Positions 27,069-39,421 of a stretch of DNA of 64,000 nucleotides are shown piece after piece; position 1 is the first letter of the stretch, and each line of letters starts with the position of its first letter. A program made the translations under genes and the position numbers. A model generated the notes under the pieces. That model saw only the letters and a program-made list of their open reading frames with translations, was not told the DNA's origin and did not search any database. The DNA is from Octopus vulgaris (Eukaryota). Location of the stretch: assembly GCA_951406725.2 (NCBI GenBank), contig OX597828.1:20832001-20896000 (forward strand), in the 5' to 3' direction.

Positions 27069-27794
27069 GCTTTAATGCTATACCAGGCATTGGTTTCTGA
27101 TCTTAACTGATTGGAATGGAAGTGTTATCATGTACATGCTTCATCTTGGTGTACAAAAAACAGCAAATATTCTGTTCAGTACCACAGATTTGCTTATCTG
27201 TCACTTGACCTTAACCAGTTGAGCATGTCCCTTGATGGCTGATGATATGTGCATCTCTGATCACGAGCAGGAGTAGAGGGGAAGCATGTGTCATGATGGC
27301 ATGTGCTACTCTCTCAATAATAATGGTAATAATAGTAATAATAATCCTTTCTATTATGGGCACAAGGCCTGAAATTTGGGGGAGGGGGATAGTCAATTAG
27401 ATCGACCCCAGTATGTAACTGGTACTAAATTTATTGACCCCGAAAGGATGAAAGGCAGAGTCGATCTCAGTGGAATTTGAACTCAGACTACGACTACAGA
27501 CAAAATGCTGCTAAGCATTTAAGCCTGGTGCATTAAGCAATTCTGCCAGCTCAGCTTTTTTTAAAATTTTTTTATTAATAATAGTTTTTTTGTTCATTGT
27601 AACAAAAGCAATGAATAGTGGGTGGCAGTCATTAGGGAGTTGCTTTACAAAACTGATATGTGATACTAACAAAAGAGAATGAGAACTAGAGAGAGAGAGA
27701 AAAAGAAAGAAATTAAAAATTACCAAAATAAAATAATGCTTTTATGAACAAAACCAATATTAACAAAAAATATAAAATGGACATGAAATTATTA

Positions 27795-28345
27795 TCGCTG
27801 GGCACTGACAAGAACGACCTGGCTAGTCTATTCCGGAGGACTTTCCGATCAGGAACTATCATGGATAATTTCCAGATGTCCTTGGCCTGGCAGTGCGACC
27901 GACCAGGGGGCACTACTGGTTCAAGATGAACTCTACAGGCACGGATGTGCTGTCAGATGGACTTGTCTGAGGTGCATGCAAAATGCCGAAGCTGTTCTGC
28001 ATGCCCTCACTCAGTGTCCGGGCATTGCTGACTCGTGGGATTATATTGAACAGCTGCTGTCACGTGTGGGACAAATTTATCTGTTGGCTGAGTCTGTAGT
28101 GATGATTGCACCACCGCCCTCCTTCAATCAGGTAGGCAAGGCAGTTTTCCTTTGCCTGATGGCTGTAGCGAAAGAGGTTGTCTGATGGACAAGGCTGAAA
28201 GGCATGAGGACAGATACATTCATCTTTGGTAGAGCTCTCATTGACCTCTTCAAGTTTCACTTGAAAAGGAAATTGAGAGTGGAGAGGGAAGTGCTGTCCT
28301 CAAGTGAGTTTATTGAAAGGTAGATGAAAGTTACAAAAATGCCAA
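27795..28345 (+). pseudogene. Tx1/L1-clade LINE ORF2 C-terminal zinc-binding (zf-RVT) relic
   Basis: MDNFQMSLAWQC/GALLVQDELYRHGCAVRWTCLRCMQNAEAVLHALTQCP..AKEVV*WTRL, containing CxxC..H...C, a frameshift and stops. Confidence 0.8.
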
Positions 28346-28394
28346 GAGCTCACATATATACACATATACACACACACACACATATATATAAATT

Positions 28395-28438
<44 letters not shown>

Positions 28439-28639
28439 TACTCAGACACACAGACATAAACATGCACATACACACATGCATACACACACACACACACAAA
28501 CTGCAGTAAACAAACTGTGAACAGGACTTGGGGTAGGGGTGGCAGGATAAATTGATGGATCGATGGATGGATCAATGGATTAAGGGAAGAACCTACAAGA
28601 CGTGGAAGAGAAAGGTTTTCCTTTAGGGAAACAAATGAA

Positions 28640-28825
28640 CCCATAAGGGGTGGGGTGGTGGGCAGAAGACAGGATGCCCTAAAAATAGCTGAAGGAAGGA
28701 GACTTAAATAGAGCTGAAAAAGCAGGGATCCAATCGGAGATAAGGGGAAAAGACAGCCCAGTGCCATGAACGGTAGAGAAAAGTCATTGATGGCCTATGC
28801 ACCATAGGGATTGAAGGGCTTATAC
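28640..28825 (+). pseudogene. Possible decayed RTE-like 3' terminus
   Basis: Ends ..VIDGLCTIGIEG, similar to RTE-type C-termini; weak evidence. Confidence 0.35.
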
Positions 28826-29245
28826 ACCATAAGGAGGAAAGGGCTTATGGATCATCTCTAACATGAACAACAGCATCCATTCACTGCCCTGTTGGATATA
28901 TGGATAGATGGATGAACAGGTAGACAAAATATATGATACCATACTTAATACTTCAGACAAACAACAGACTATTTCCTGTTTATTGTTTTTTCGGTTCTTT
29001 TTTTCTCCCAAGAGAGGAAGAAATTCAGGTTTTATGTATCGGGACATGAAACCTAGTGCTAATGACACACATTCACATACAGAAGGTAAACATGAAACTG
29101 CATGAACATCAGCGAGCAGCTTGAGAAGTGAGACAGACAGGCAGGCAGGCAAACACAGACAGGCAAGCAGAGAAAGTATAAAATATGATAGGTAGCTCTT
29201 TAGACAAACAGCAGACAGACGGATCATTTAACAGTAAATATAATT

Positions 29246-29281
<36 letters not shown>

Positions 29282-29359
29282 GGGTGGGGTGACTCTCTCA
29301 AGCATTGCAGTTCAGTGAGTGCAATTTTTTTTTTAAATGTGCCAACTAAACAGTATTCT

Positions 29360-29650
29360 GTGGTAGTGCATTGTGGGTAGAAGAGGGTTAAACAAGCTGA
29401 CCAAAAGCAAAATGGTGGGGTGCATTGTGGGTAAAATGGAAATCAAATAACCAAAAATAAATAAATAAATAAATAGTGCAGGGGAATTGTGGGTAGGAGG
29501 AGGTAAACCATTGACCAAATGAACTATTGCAGTGCATTGTGGGTAAGGAGTTTAAAGAAACACTATACAAAAAAAAGTGCAGCGCTATGTGGGTGGAATA
29601 GAGTTAAACACTGACTGAAAACAATCCAGCGCAGTGCATTGTGGGTAAAA
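29360..29650 (-). promoter_or_regulatory. Array of six Staf/ZNF143-like motifs in a decayed tandem repeat
   Basis: GTGCATTGTGGGTA (= TACCCACAATGCAC) exact at 29366, 29420, 29532 and 29634; variant copies at 29482 and 29582. Confidence 0.6.
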
Positions 29651-29919
29651 GAGAAATAAGAAATGATCAAAAAGAAAAACAGAAAAAAAAGAAAAAATAT
29701 CAATATCAAAAAGGTTTCATTTCAGATTGGGAGAGTTTTCTCTTAGTATTCATATTGTATTCTCAATCATATTTTACTCTCTCTCTCTCTCTGTCTTTCA
29801 CTCTTTCACCTGTTTGGAAATGAACGAACTTATCAATCTTATTAGAAGAGCAATGAGACTGAACCCTGAACCATGTGATTGCAAAGCTAACTTCTTACCA
29901 CACAGCCATGCCTACACCT

Positions 29920-29956
<37 letters not shown>

Positions 29957-30506
29957 TATTATTGGTTTCAGTCATTTGGCTGTGGCCATGCTGGAGCACC
30001 ACCTTTAGTCGAACAACTCGACCCCAGGAATTATTCTTTGTAAGCCTAGAACCTATTTTATCGGCCTCTTTTGCTGAACCGCTAAGTTACGGGGACGTAA
30101 ACACACCAACATCAGTTGTCAAGCGATGATGAGGAGGACAAACATACACACACACACACGCATATATATACGACACGCTTTTTCAGCTTCTATCTACAAA
30201 ATCCACTCATGAGGCTTTGGTTGGTCCTAGGCTATAGTAGAAGACACTTGCCCAAGGTGCCACGCAGTGGGACTGAACCCAGAACCATGAGCTTGGGAAG
30301 CAAGCTTCTTACCACACAGCTGCTCCATATATATATAATGGAACAAAAACATAATAGAGGACAATAAAACATTTGGATAGATAGACAATACAAAGGTGGT
30401 GAGGAGAAACAACTATTAGAAGGACAGGCAAAAAAAGACGGGTCATTTGTAGCTGTCTTTCCTTAGTCATGTCCTTACTATGTGTATGTGTGTGTGTGTG
30501 TGTGCT

Positions 30507-30840
30507 GAGACTCCCTTCGGTCATGAATGACCATGCTATTGCACCTAGAAAGTTACTCTCCAAGGCACAAGTCCGGGCAAGGTTGTTTATGAAAGACCAG
30601 CAATCATCCATGCATACCAGCCTCCCCTCTCCACACCACCGATGTTACCCAAAGGAAAGGCAAGGGCCGATACAGCTTGGCACCTGTGATGTCGCAACTC
30701 ATTTCTACAGCTGAGCGAACTGGAGCAACATGAAATAAAGTGTCTTGCTCAAGAACACAACATGCAGCCTGTCCGGGAATCGAACTCACAACCTCACGAT
30801 CGTAAGCTCGACGCTCTAACCACTGAGCCATGCGCCTTCA
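30507..30840 (-). mobile_element. SINE family D, full length
   Basis: Head GAAGGCGCATGGCTCAGTGGTTAGAGCG..GAGTTCGATTCCC. Other copies at 54440-54727 (-), 63040-63188 (+) and 63548-63868 (-). Confidence 0.9.
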
Positions 30841-32228
30841 CATATATATATACACACATACACATGTATATATATATATAAACACATACCCCCCACACAC
30901 CATGTTATATATACGCACATAGACCAATAGCAGAATAAAAGTATGTATGTATGTAGATATGTATGTGTACATAATGGTATAGCTCTATACATATATTTTA
31001 TTTTAACAGAGATTTTGTCCATTAGGTATTTCATAGCCAAAGATCAAAGAGCATGAAATGGGTCACAAGAATTGACCATAATTTGTTCAAAAGTGTGTGT
31101 GTGTGTGTGTGTGTGTGTGAAGTACATCTATCCCCACACAGCCAGGTTCATGATGCACCCACTCTTAACACACACATTATCAGGATTTTCTTTTTAACCT
31201 ACCAACCAGCCAACCAACCTACCTATCTACCCACCTATTTCCTCCTCATTCCTATCAGCCCACACCCCATATCAAATTCGATCAGTCACTCAGTCAATTA
31301 ATCTATGATCATCTCTTTCACAATGCAACTTAACAACTCACAGATCAGTTTCTCGCATTGTGTGGGGTCAAAGTTCGTTTTCCATGCCTCATTAGTAAAC
31401 TTCACTCTCCCTCTCTATGACAATCTCCCCCACTCTTTCAAAGCCCCCCCCCCGCTTCTCCCCACCATCACCACCTTTCATGAGAGAGCATTCTTTCAGT
31501 TTGTTTTTTTTATTTGTTACTACGTTTTTGATTCACACACACACACAAATACACATATCTATAATAATAAACGTCAAATTTCTGTGTCAGTGTGTCACAC
31601 TTTGACCCTCTCTCTCACTATTCCTCCTGCTGGGGTGAGAGTAATAGCAGGCATATAGACAGTGAGCTAGGTAACGGATTGACAGTTGTGGTAGTAATGG
31701 GGAGATAGTAATAGTATGAGCTGTAGTTGTGATAGAGGTGGAGGCGACGGTGGTGGTGGTGGTGTCTGAGGAAGTCAGGGACTAAGGTGATAGTAAGCGA
31801 TGTGAAAGACAGTAGTGATGGCGGTGGAGGGGAAGTCAAAGGTATTGATGGTGGTGGCGTCAGAAGTCTGAATGGTGTGTGTGTATGGCAGTTGTGGTGG
31901 TGGTACCGGCAATGGTGATGGTTGAAAACAATCAACAGAAAGAGAGAGAGAGAGAGAGAGAGAGAAAGATTAGACAGAAAACAAAATTGTACTGACTCCC
32001 ACTTCCACCCCCACCCAGCCGAATGAGAAGAGAAAAAAAGTGTTGTCTATCATGCAGCTTAGCAATAAGTTCCAAGTTAACAAATTATATCATTGTTTTG
32101 ATGAAAATTGCTCATTGCTGGAAAAATATTGGTCAAGTTTAATAAAATTTAATATGTACTCAATGCATGAAGTGTCACTGTTGGGCCCGGGGGGGGCCTG
32201 ATGATGAGCCCTCCACAGAAGCTCACTT

Positions 32229-32260
32229 AAGAGCCACCCGATAAGGTGGCTTTTAAGCTA

Positions 32261-32261
<1 letters not shown>
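32229..32261 (+). mobile_element. Helitron-like 3' terminus
   Basis: Hairpin GCCACC-cgataa-GGTGGC followed 7 nt later by CTAG|T. The 5' end was not identified. Confidence 0.5.
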
Positions 32262-32296
<35 letters not shown>

Positions 32297-32680
32297 CGAA
32301 GACCTGTTGAGGCAAGTGAAATCGAAATCGCTCAAAAATCAATGGAAATTGTAGTTGTGATGCCAGTGCCGGTGGTACGTAAAAGAACCATCCGAACGTG
32401 GCCATTGCCAGCGCTGCCCCGACTGGCCTCCGTGCCGGTGGCACGTAAAAAGCACCATCCAATCGTGGCCGTTGCCAGCCTCGTCTGGCACCTGTGCCGG
32501 TGGCACGTAAAATGCACCCACTACACTCACGGAGTGGTTGGCATTAGGAAGGGCATCCAGCTGTAGAAACACTGCCAGATCAGACTGGGACTGGTGCAGC
32601 CTCCTGGCTTCCCAGACTCCAGTCGACCTGTCTAACCCATGCTAGCATGGAAAGCAGACATTAAACGATGATGATGATGA

Positions 32681-32710
<30 letters not shown>

Positions 32711-32711
<1 letters not shown>

Positions 32712-32942
32712 CTAGAGTAAGCACATAAATGCGAAACAAGGTGGAAAAAATAGTACTCGAATACCAGAGGTAGAGTAATATGGTTTAATAAAAAGAAGCA
32801 TAAAATCACAGAAACTGTTACTCAGAGTTTCACTTTCCTGTTCATCGGACAGTTTTGTTTAGAAACTATAATAATTCTAAACAAAACTGTCCGACAAACA
32901 GGAACGTGTTTTTGTGATATTTTTCCTGCTTTTTAATATAGT
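32711..32942. mobile_element. HH family 3 inverted-repeat element with hammerhead-like motif (32812-32855, minus)
   Basis: AAACUGU CCGAUGA AC-AGGAAA-GU GAAA CUC-U-GAG UA ACAGUUU, with a 7-bp helix I. An inverted partial copy follows at 32875-32940. Lies between (TA)n tracts. Confidence 0.7.
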
Positions 32943-33719
32943 ATATATATATATATATATAGGTGCAGGCATGGTTGTATAAGAAGCTTGCTTTCCAACC
33001 ACATGGTTCCAGGGTCAGTCCCACTGTGTGGCACCTTGGGCAAGTGTCTTCTATTTTAGCCTTGGGCCGAACAAAGCTATGTGAATGGATTTGGTAGGTG
33101 GAAACTGAAAGAAGCCAGTCGTGTGTGTGAGTGTGTGTGTGTGCACATGTGTGTGCATTCATATATGCATGTACCCTTATCTTGACACATGTATGGACAT
33201 TAAATGATGCTGCTGATGATGATGATGATGATGGTTGTTTGTAATACCAAGCCATACTTGCTCAGGGGTGAAAGTCTGCTGACTGTAACTTGTATGAACA
33301 CAATCAGACGTTTTTTTTTTTAAATCTCATTACTAAAGTGGTTAGTAAGCAATATATGCGTGTGCGTATGCGAGCATTTATCTGCGTGTGTGGGTGGGTG
33401 TGTGATAGTTACACTACAAGTTACAAAGCCAGGACTAAGTTTCCTGGAAACAGGTCATGTAATCTGCAGGTCATTATAATCCCTGCCACCACCCACAATC
33501 ATAATGTTTTCTACTCTAGGCACAAGGCCTGAAATTTTGGGGGAGGAGGCCAGTTGATTATATCAACCCCACTATGCAACTGGTACTTAATTTATTAACC
33601 CCGAAAAGCTGAAAGGCTAAGTCGACCTCAGCGGAATTTGAACTCGGAACGTAAAGACAGACGAAATACCGTGAACCATTTCGCCCAGCATGCTAACATT
33701 TCTGCCAGCTCACCTCCTT

Positions 33720-33796
<77 letters not shown>

Positions 33797-34899
33797 CATC
33801 ATCATCATCATCATTTTTATCAGAGCAAGCACTTTTAGTCACAGTCACCACATCCACATCCAATACCAAGTCACCATAACTACCATCACCATGATAACCA
33901 TCACCATAACAACCATCACCATAACAACCATCACCATAATAACCATCACCATAACAACCATCACCATAACAACCATCACAGACATTAATGGCACATAAAC
34001 ACTTCAACCGAAACCACCACCGCCAACAACAACAATAGCATCACCACTGCCACCACTGCAACAAGAGCCATTATTGGCCAGTAACGAGGACACAGTTATC
34101 AATACAAATTATCGTTTGTGTTAAAGTAATTAGAGTGCAAACAGCTGATTAATTAAAAGGATACCAGTTGTTTTCAGCAGTGTAGACTTCATCTAAGCCA
34201 TCAAAAGAATAGGTGAAGCTGTTAAACCCAGCTGTCAGGTAATAGGGTGGAGCCTATCACCTAAAAATTACCTGGAAACAATTGAGCCACTGAAGAAGCC
34301 TCTATCTGGTTGTTTATTTTGTTGGAAATAGCAGTCGAATCTTTCTCAAATCACACTTAATTGTTTTCACCCTTTTGTTACCAAATTTTTGTTTAAGTAT
34401 ATACACTGCCCTTTTTGTTTTCCAGTTAATTTTGAAACTATTGAAGAATTTAATAAAATAACCTCGCCATTATTAAAATAGCGTTTGAAACAAATCAACG
34501 AGATTTTAATGGAAAGCTTTTAATGCAAATTACTTTAAAATAGGAAGATTGTATCATAAAACGAGGGGGGGGGAAGGAAGGCAGGCAAGCGAGTATCAAA
34601 AGGCTTAAAAAATGAGATGTTAGATAATGTGGTTGTGTGTTTGCAGCTCATAGGGAAAAGACAGGGTGGTCAAAGATGGATTGCATTTGATCAAACATCT
34701 GCTTGATCAGATTTCAACAAGGGCTAAACAAAAACAAAAACAAAAGCGATATCCTCCTCATCATTTTAATGTCCATTTTCCCATGCTTGCATAAGTGAGA
34801 CAAAGTCTACTGGGGCAAATTTTCTATGACCGGATGCTCTTCCTGTTGCAAACCCTCACCCGTTTCAAAGTAAAGTATCTGGCACTATACTGGTCTCTT

Positions 34900-36540
34900 A
34901 GACACAAAGCCAGAAATCTAAAGAATGGAAAGGTTAATTGGTTAAAACAACTCCGTACAAGACTGATACTTTATTTAACTGGTCCCAGAAGGATAAAAAG
35001 CAAAGTTGACCTCAACATGATTTGAACTCAAAACATAAAGATCCAGAACAAATACAACAAGGCATTCATTCCAACTCTCTAATGCGTCTGCCTATCTACC
35101 ACCCTTGATATCGGTCACTAATTTAGGCACAAAGCCAGCAACTTTTCAAGGGGAAAGGGTTTGTCGTCAATGCCGTCAGTCCCAGTACTTGGCTGGTTCT
35201 TCATCATTTTATTGACCCTGCAGGGATGAAAGTCAAAGTTGACGCCAGCAGAATTTGAACTTAGTATGTAAAGAGTTGAAAGAAATATCACCAGGCATTT
35301 TGTCTGACTCTATAATAATTAATAATACAAATCCTTTCTATAATAGGCAGAGGGCCTGAAATTTTGGGGGAAGGGGCTAGTTGATTATATCAACCCCAAT
35401 ATTTAACTGATACATATTTCCTCGACCCCAAAAGGATAAAAGGTAAAGTTCACCTTGGCTGAATTTGAACTCACAATGTAAAATCAGATGAAATGCTGCT
35501 AAGCATTTTGTCCAGTGTGCTAATGGTTCTGCTAACTCACTACCTTAATAATAATAAGAATCTTTCCTACTAAAGGCACAAGGCCTGAAATCATTGTGGG
35601 GAGGGAACTGATTACATCGATCCAAGTGTTTCACTAATACTTAATTTATCAATCCTGAAAGGATGAAAGGCAGACTTGAGCTGAGCAGAATTTGACCTCA
35701 GAACGTAAAGACAGATAAAATGCCATTAAGCATACTTGCTGGCACGGTAATGCTTCTGCTAGCTCGCCACCTTAACCCTTTAGTGTTCAGATTACTCTGT
35801 TAAATATAATACTTTTTCACTCAAATTGTCTTGAATTAATCAAGCATTATCTTATAGCTTTGAGGTTTCAGTGATGTGATTGTTTATTTTTAGCATGACG
35901 TTGTAGGTTAAGTGTGAGAGGCTAGATATTGCCAGTTTGAATATAAAACATTTAGAATATTTGGGCCGGATATGGCCAGTTTAAACAGTAAAGGGTTAAT
36001 AACAATGGACTGACCATGTCATCAGAATGACTGACAACCATGTACCCAGGCAGCTGTTGTATGGCGAGCTCGTGCAGGGGTCATGCAAATGAGGGAGATC
36101 TAAACTGAGGTACAAAGACACTCTGGAAAATAACCTCAAATGGAGTGGAATTAGCTCACGCGAACTCAAAGCGTCTGCCGCAAATAGATCAGACTATTGC
36201 TGTGACTATTGCTGCCTGTGTAAACCCAGATTTTGACTGCAGAGTCACATGTGCTCTCATCGCTGAGAACACAGACTCTGTCGTCATCAGATACCGATGG
36301 ACTACCTATCAATAACCATAACAATAATCCTTTCTACTGGAAGCACAAGGCCTCAAATTTGGGGGAAGGGATTAAGTCGATTACATCGACCTCAGTACAT
36401 AGCTGGTACTAATTTTATCGACGCTGAAAGGATGAAAGGCAAAGTCAACCTTGATGGAATTTGAACTCAGAATGTAACAGCAGACGAAATATCGCTAGGC
36501 ATTTTGCCTGGCATGCTAACAATTTTGCCAGCTCGCTGCC

Positions 36541-36576
<36 letters not shown>

Positions 36577-37130
36577 TATTTCTTTATTGCCCACAGGGGG
36601 CTAAACATAGAGGGGACAAACAAGGACAGACAAAGGTATTAAGTTGATTACATCGACCCCAGTGTGTAACTGATACTTATTTAATCAACCCCGAAAGGAT
36701 GAAAGGCAAAGTCGACCTCAGCGGAATTTGAACTTCAGAACATAACAGCAGACAAAATACCGCTAAGCATTTCACCCAGTGTGCTAATGTTTCTGCCAGC
36801 TTGCTGCCATAATAATAATAATAATCATAATAATAAGAACAATAATTATAAGTTTCTGATACAGGGATGAGGTTTGAAATCTGCTGCCCTCAATAATTTT
36901 AAGGGTTTCTCATGCACACACAAAGCCCAAAATTTGGAGGGATAGAAGGTGGGTTCGTCAATTACATTGATCCCATGCACATTACTGGTATTTCCTTTTA
37001 TTGACTCCGAAATGGGTTGAAAGACAGAATCGACCTTAGCTGGGTTAGAACTCAGATCTTAAGGGAATGTAAAAAAACTACAATAGAATACTGTTTGATC
37101 TTCTATAGATTTTTGCCAGTTCCTAGACCC
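34900..37130 (-). mobile_element. Cluster of about seven same-orientation SINE family B copies with interleaved elements
   Basis: Copies near 34900, 35120, 35330, 35560, 36325, 36578 and 36920. Other minus copies lie near 14320, 16505, 25268, 26810, 27345, 33505, 54755 and 57047. Confidence 0.8.
36003..36310 (+). pseudogene. RTE-clade LINE 3' end relic
   Basis: QWTDHVIRMTDNHVPRQLLYGELVQGSCK*GRSKLRYKDTLENNLKWSGI.., followed by an RTE-like tail. Confidence 0.85.
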
Positions 37131-37158
37131 AACTATAACTAATAAGTGATGATGATGA

Positions 37159-37197
<39 letters not shown>

Positions 37198-37872
37198 GAA
37201 GGCAGATATAAAGGCTGGGGTTGCTAATGATAATAACGACAATGATGATGATAGTGATGGTGATGAGTAGGGTAGAGAGGGATGGTGGCCAACACAACGA
37301 GGGTCAAGGGAACTACGATAATGATGATGATAGTTTAATCTATGGTGTGACTTGTTAACAGCGATGACTGCTAATTACTGGTGCAATGACTCGTTAGCAA
37401 TGAACTCCTCCCCGCCTCCAGTAATTAGTGACTTACAGAATAAACAACTAAAATTTAATGCCAGTGTAATGAGGATAACAATTTTAATGTGATAGCTGGA
37501 TAGGTCTCTACAGTCTGTCTGTGTGTCACTTTACGTGTGTGTGTTAAAAGAGACAGACAGACAGACAGACAGAGGCAGAGGTAAGATAAGTATATATTTG
37601 TTAGTGTGTGCATATATAAGTGTGCATGCGTTGCTGTATGTATAGGTATCACTCATTCTGTGTGGGTGTGTGTACATAACCGTATGCATGCATGCATGTA
37701 TGTATGTATACATCACACGGCATTTATATGGACCACCATGGTTTATATATATATATACACACACACATGCACACACGTAAATGTGCGTTGAGTGCATATG
37801 TATATGTGTCTCTCTCCCTGTCTCTGTCTCTCTCTCTCTCTCTCTCTCACTCACTCTCTCTCTCTCTCTCTT

Positions 37873-37907
<35 letters not shown>

Positions 37908-37939
37908 ATATATAGATAGATAGATATAAATAATAACAT

Positions 37940-38189
37940 AAATGCGCCCTTTTAAAGCCTAGCCAGGTTCATGGGCCCGGTTGCCCGGTTTCAGTGGCAT
38001 ATGTGTTCCCCAGCTGGACGGGAAGCCAGTTCATCGCAGCGTTACTCATTTTTACCAGCTGAGTGGACTGGAGCAACGTGAAATGAAGTGTTTTGCTCAA
38101 GAACACAACGCATCGCTCGGTCCAGGAATCGAAACCACAATCTTACGATCATGATGCCGACACCCTAACCACTAAGCCACGCACTTCCG
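37940..38189 (-). mobile_element. SINE family D variant with a different 3' tail
   Basis: Shares the head and central domain with family D but has the tail ..CCCAGCTGGACGGG..CCTAGCCAGG. Relics lie near 5020 and 11770. Confidence 0.8.
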
Positions 38190-38734
38190 CAGATATAAAC
38201 ATACATACAAACATACATATAAATATATAAAATATGTGGATGCGTATGTTTATGCACATCTGTGCATATATGTCAGTCAGTCATCGTTCCATTTGTGTTC
38301 ACACACACAAACATTTGCAGACGGCCATCCACACATAACGCACATGTACACAGTACTCTGACTGCTCAGCGAGACACACTTCCTCCTCGTGACACAGTTT
38401 ATATTTACCCCCAAACTAGAAAACATGGGGAGAGGGGAGTAAGAGGGGGGGGACTAGGAGGAGCGCAGTGGGGGGGTTTAGGAATGAATCAAGTCGACAT
38501 GGAACACAGACAGACAGATGACAACACAGTGCGTGTACCAGTCACTGATGCAGAAAGAGAGAGAGAGAGAGTGAAGAGTGAGAGCACAGGGTTTGAACCT
38601 GTGATACCTTGGCTAATAGAAAAGTTTTCGTGTCTATACAGAACAGCACAAGAGGAAGGGAGAAATGTGACACAAGTGTGAATTAAAAAAGAAAAAAATA
38701 GATGAGAGAGGGAGAGAGAGAAAAGAACAATGTT

Positions 38735-38814
<80 letters not shown>

Positions 38815-38838
38815 GGTGGTGGTAGTAGTAGTAGTAGT

Positions 38839-38910
<72 letters not shown>

Positions 38911-39153
38911 TATGATAGTAAATAGTAAGTAATAGCCATAGTAGCAGCAGCAGTAATGTCTGCGGATAAATTTCCCAGGAACCAAGGAACATTGGTAAAG
39001 ACAATGGTTGGAAGAGCAGAAAGAGAACAAAGGACCAATTACAATATTGAAATACAAATATATATATAATACAAATATATTATACAAGCATGTGTATATG
39101 TACATATATAGTTATGTGAAAGCATTAAGAGAAATAGAATAATGAAATGATAT

Positions 39154-39184
<31 letters not shown>

Positions 39185-39192
39185 CACACATA

Positions 39193-39421
39193 TAAGAGGG
39201 ATGTTCACAACATGGACAACGCTTATGCTAGAAGTAGATTCGCTATGGTCTTACCACTAAGAGAGGAACATTCTCCAGAAAATTCAGCAAAATCCAAGAA
39301 CATGCTTGATTATGTTCTGGCGTTTGATGTATTTACTTGAGAACGTTCCTTTCTTAGTGATAAGGCCATAGCGGATCTATTTCTAGCATGAGGGTTGTCC
39401 ACGTTGCGATCATCCCCCTTA
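39193..39421. mobile_element. Mariner-like fold-back MITE with ~83-bp arms
   Basis: Arms 39193-39275 and 39339-39421 are reverse complements with about 12 mostly transition differences. TA flanks. Confidence 0.8.

Noticed and set aside
29360-29650. CRISPR-like repeat-spacer appearance
   Set aside because: Eukaryotic context, no cas genes, a repeat of only 14 bp, and spacers related to each other.
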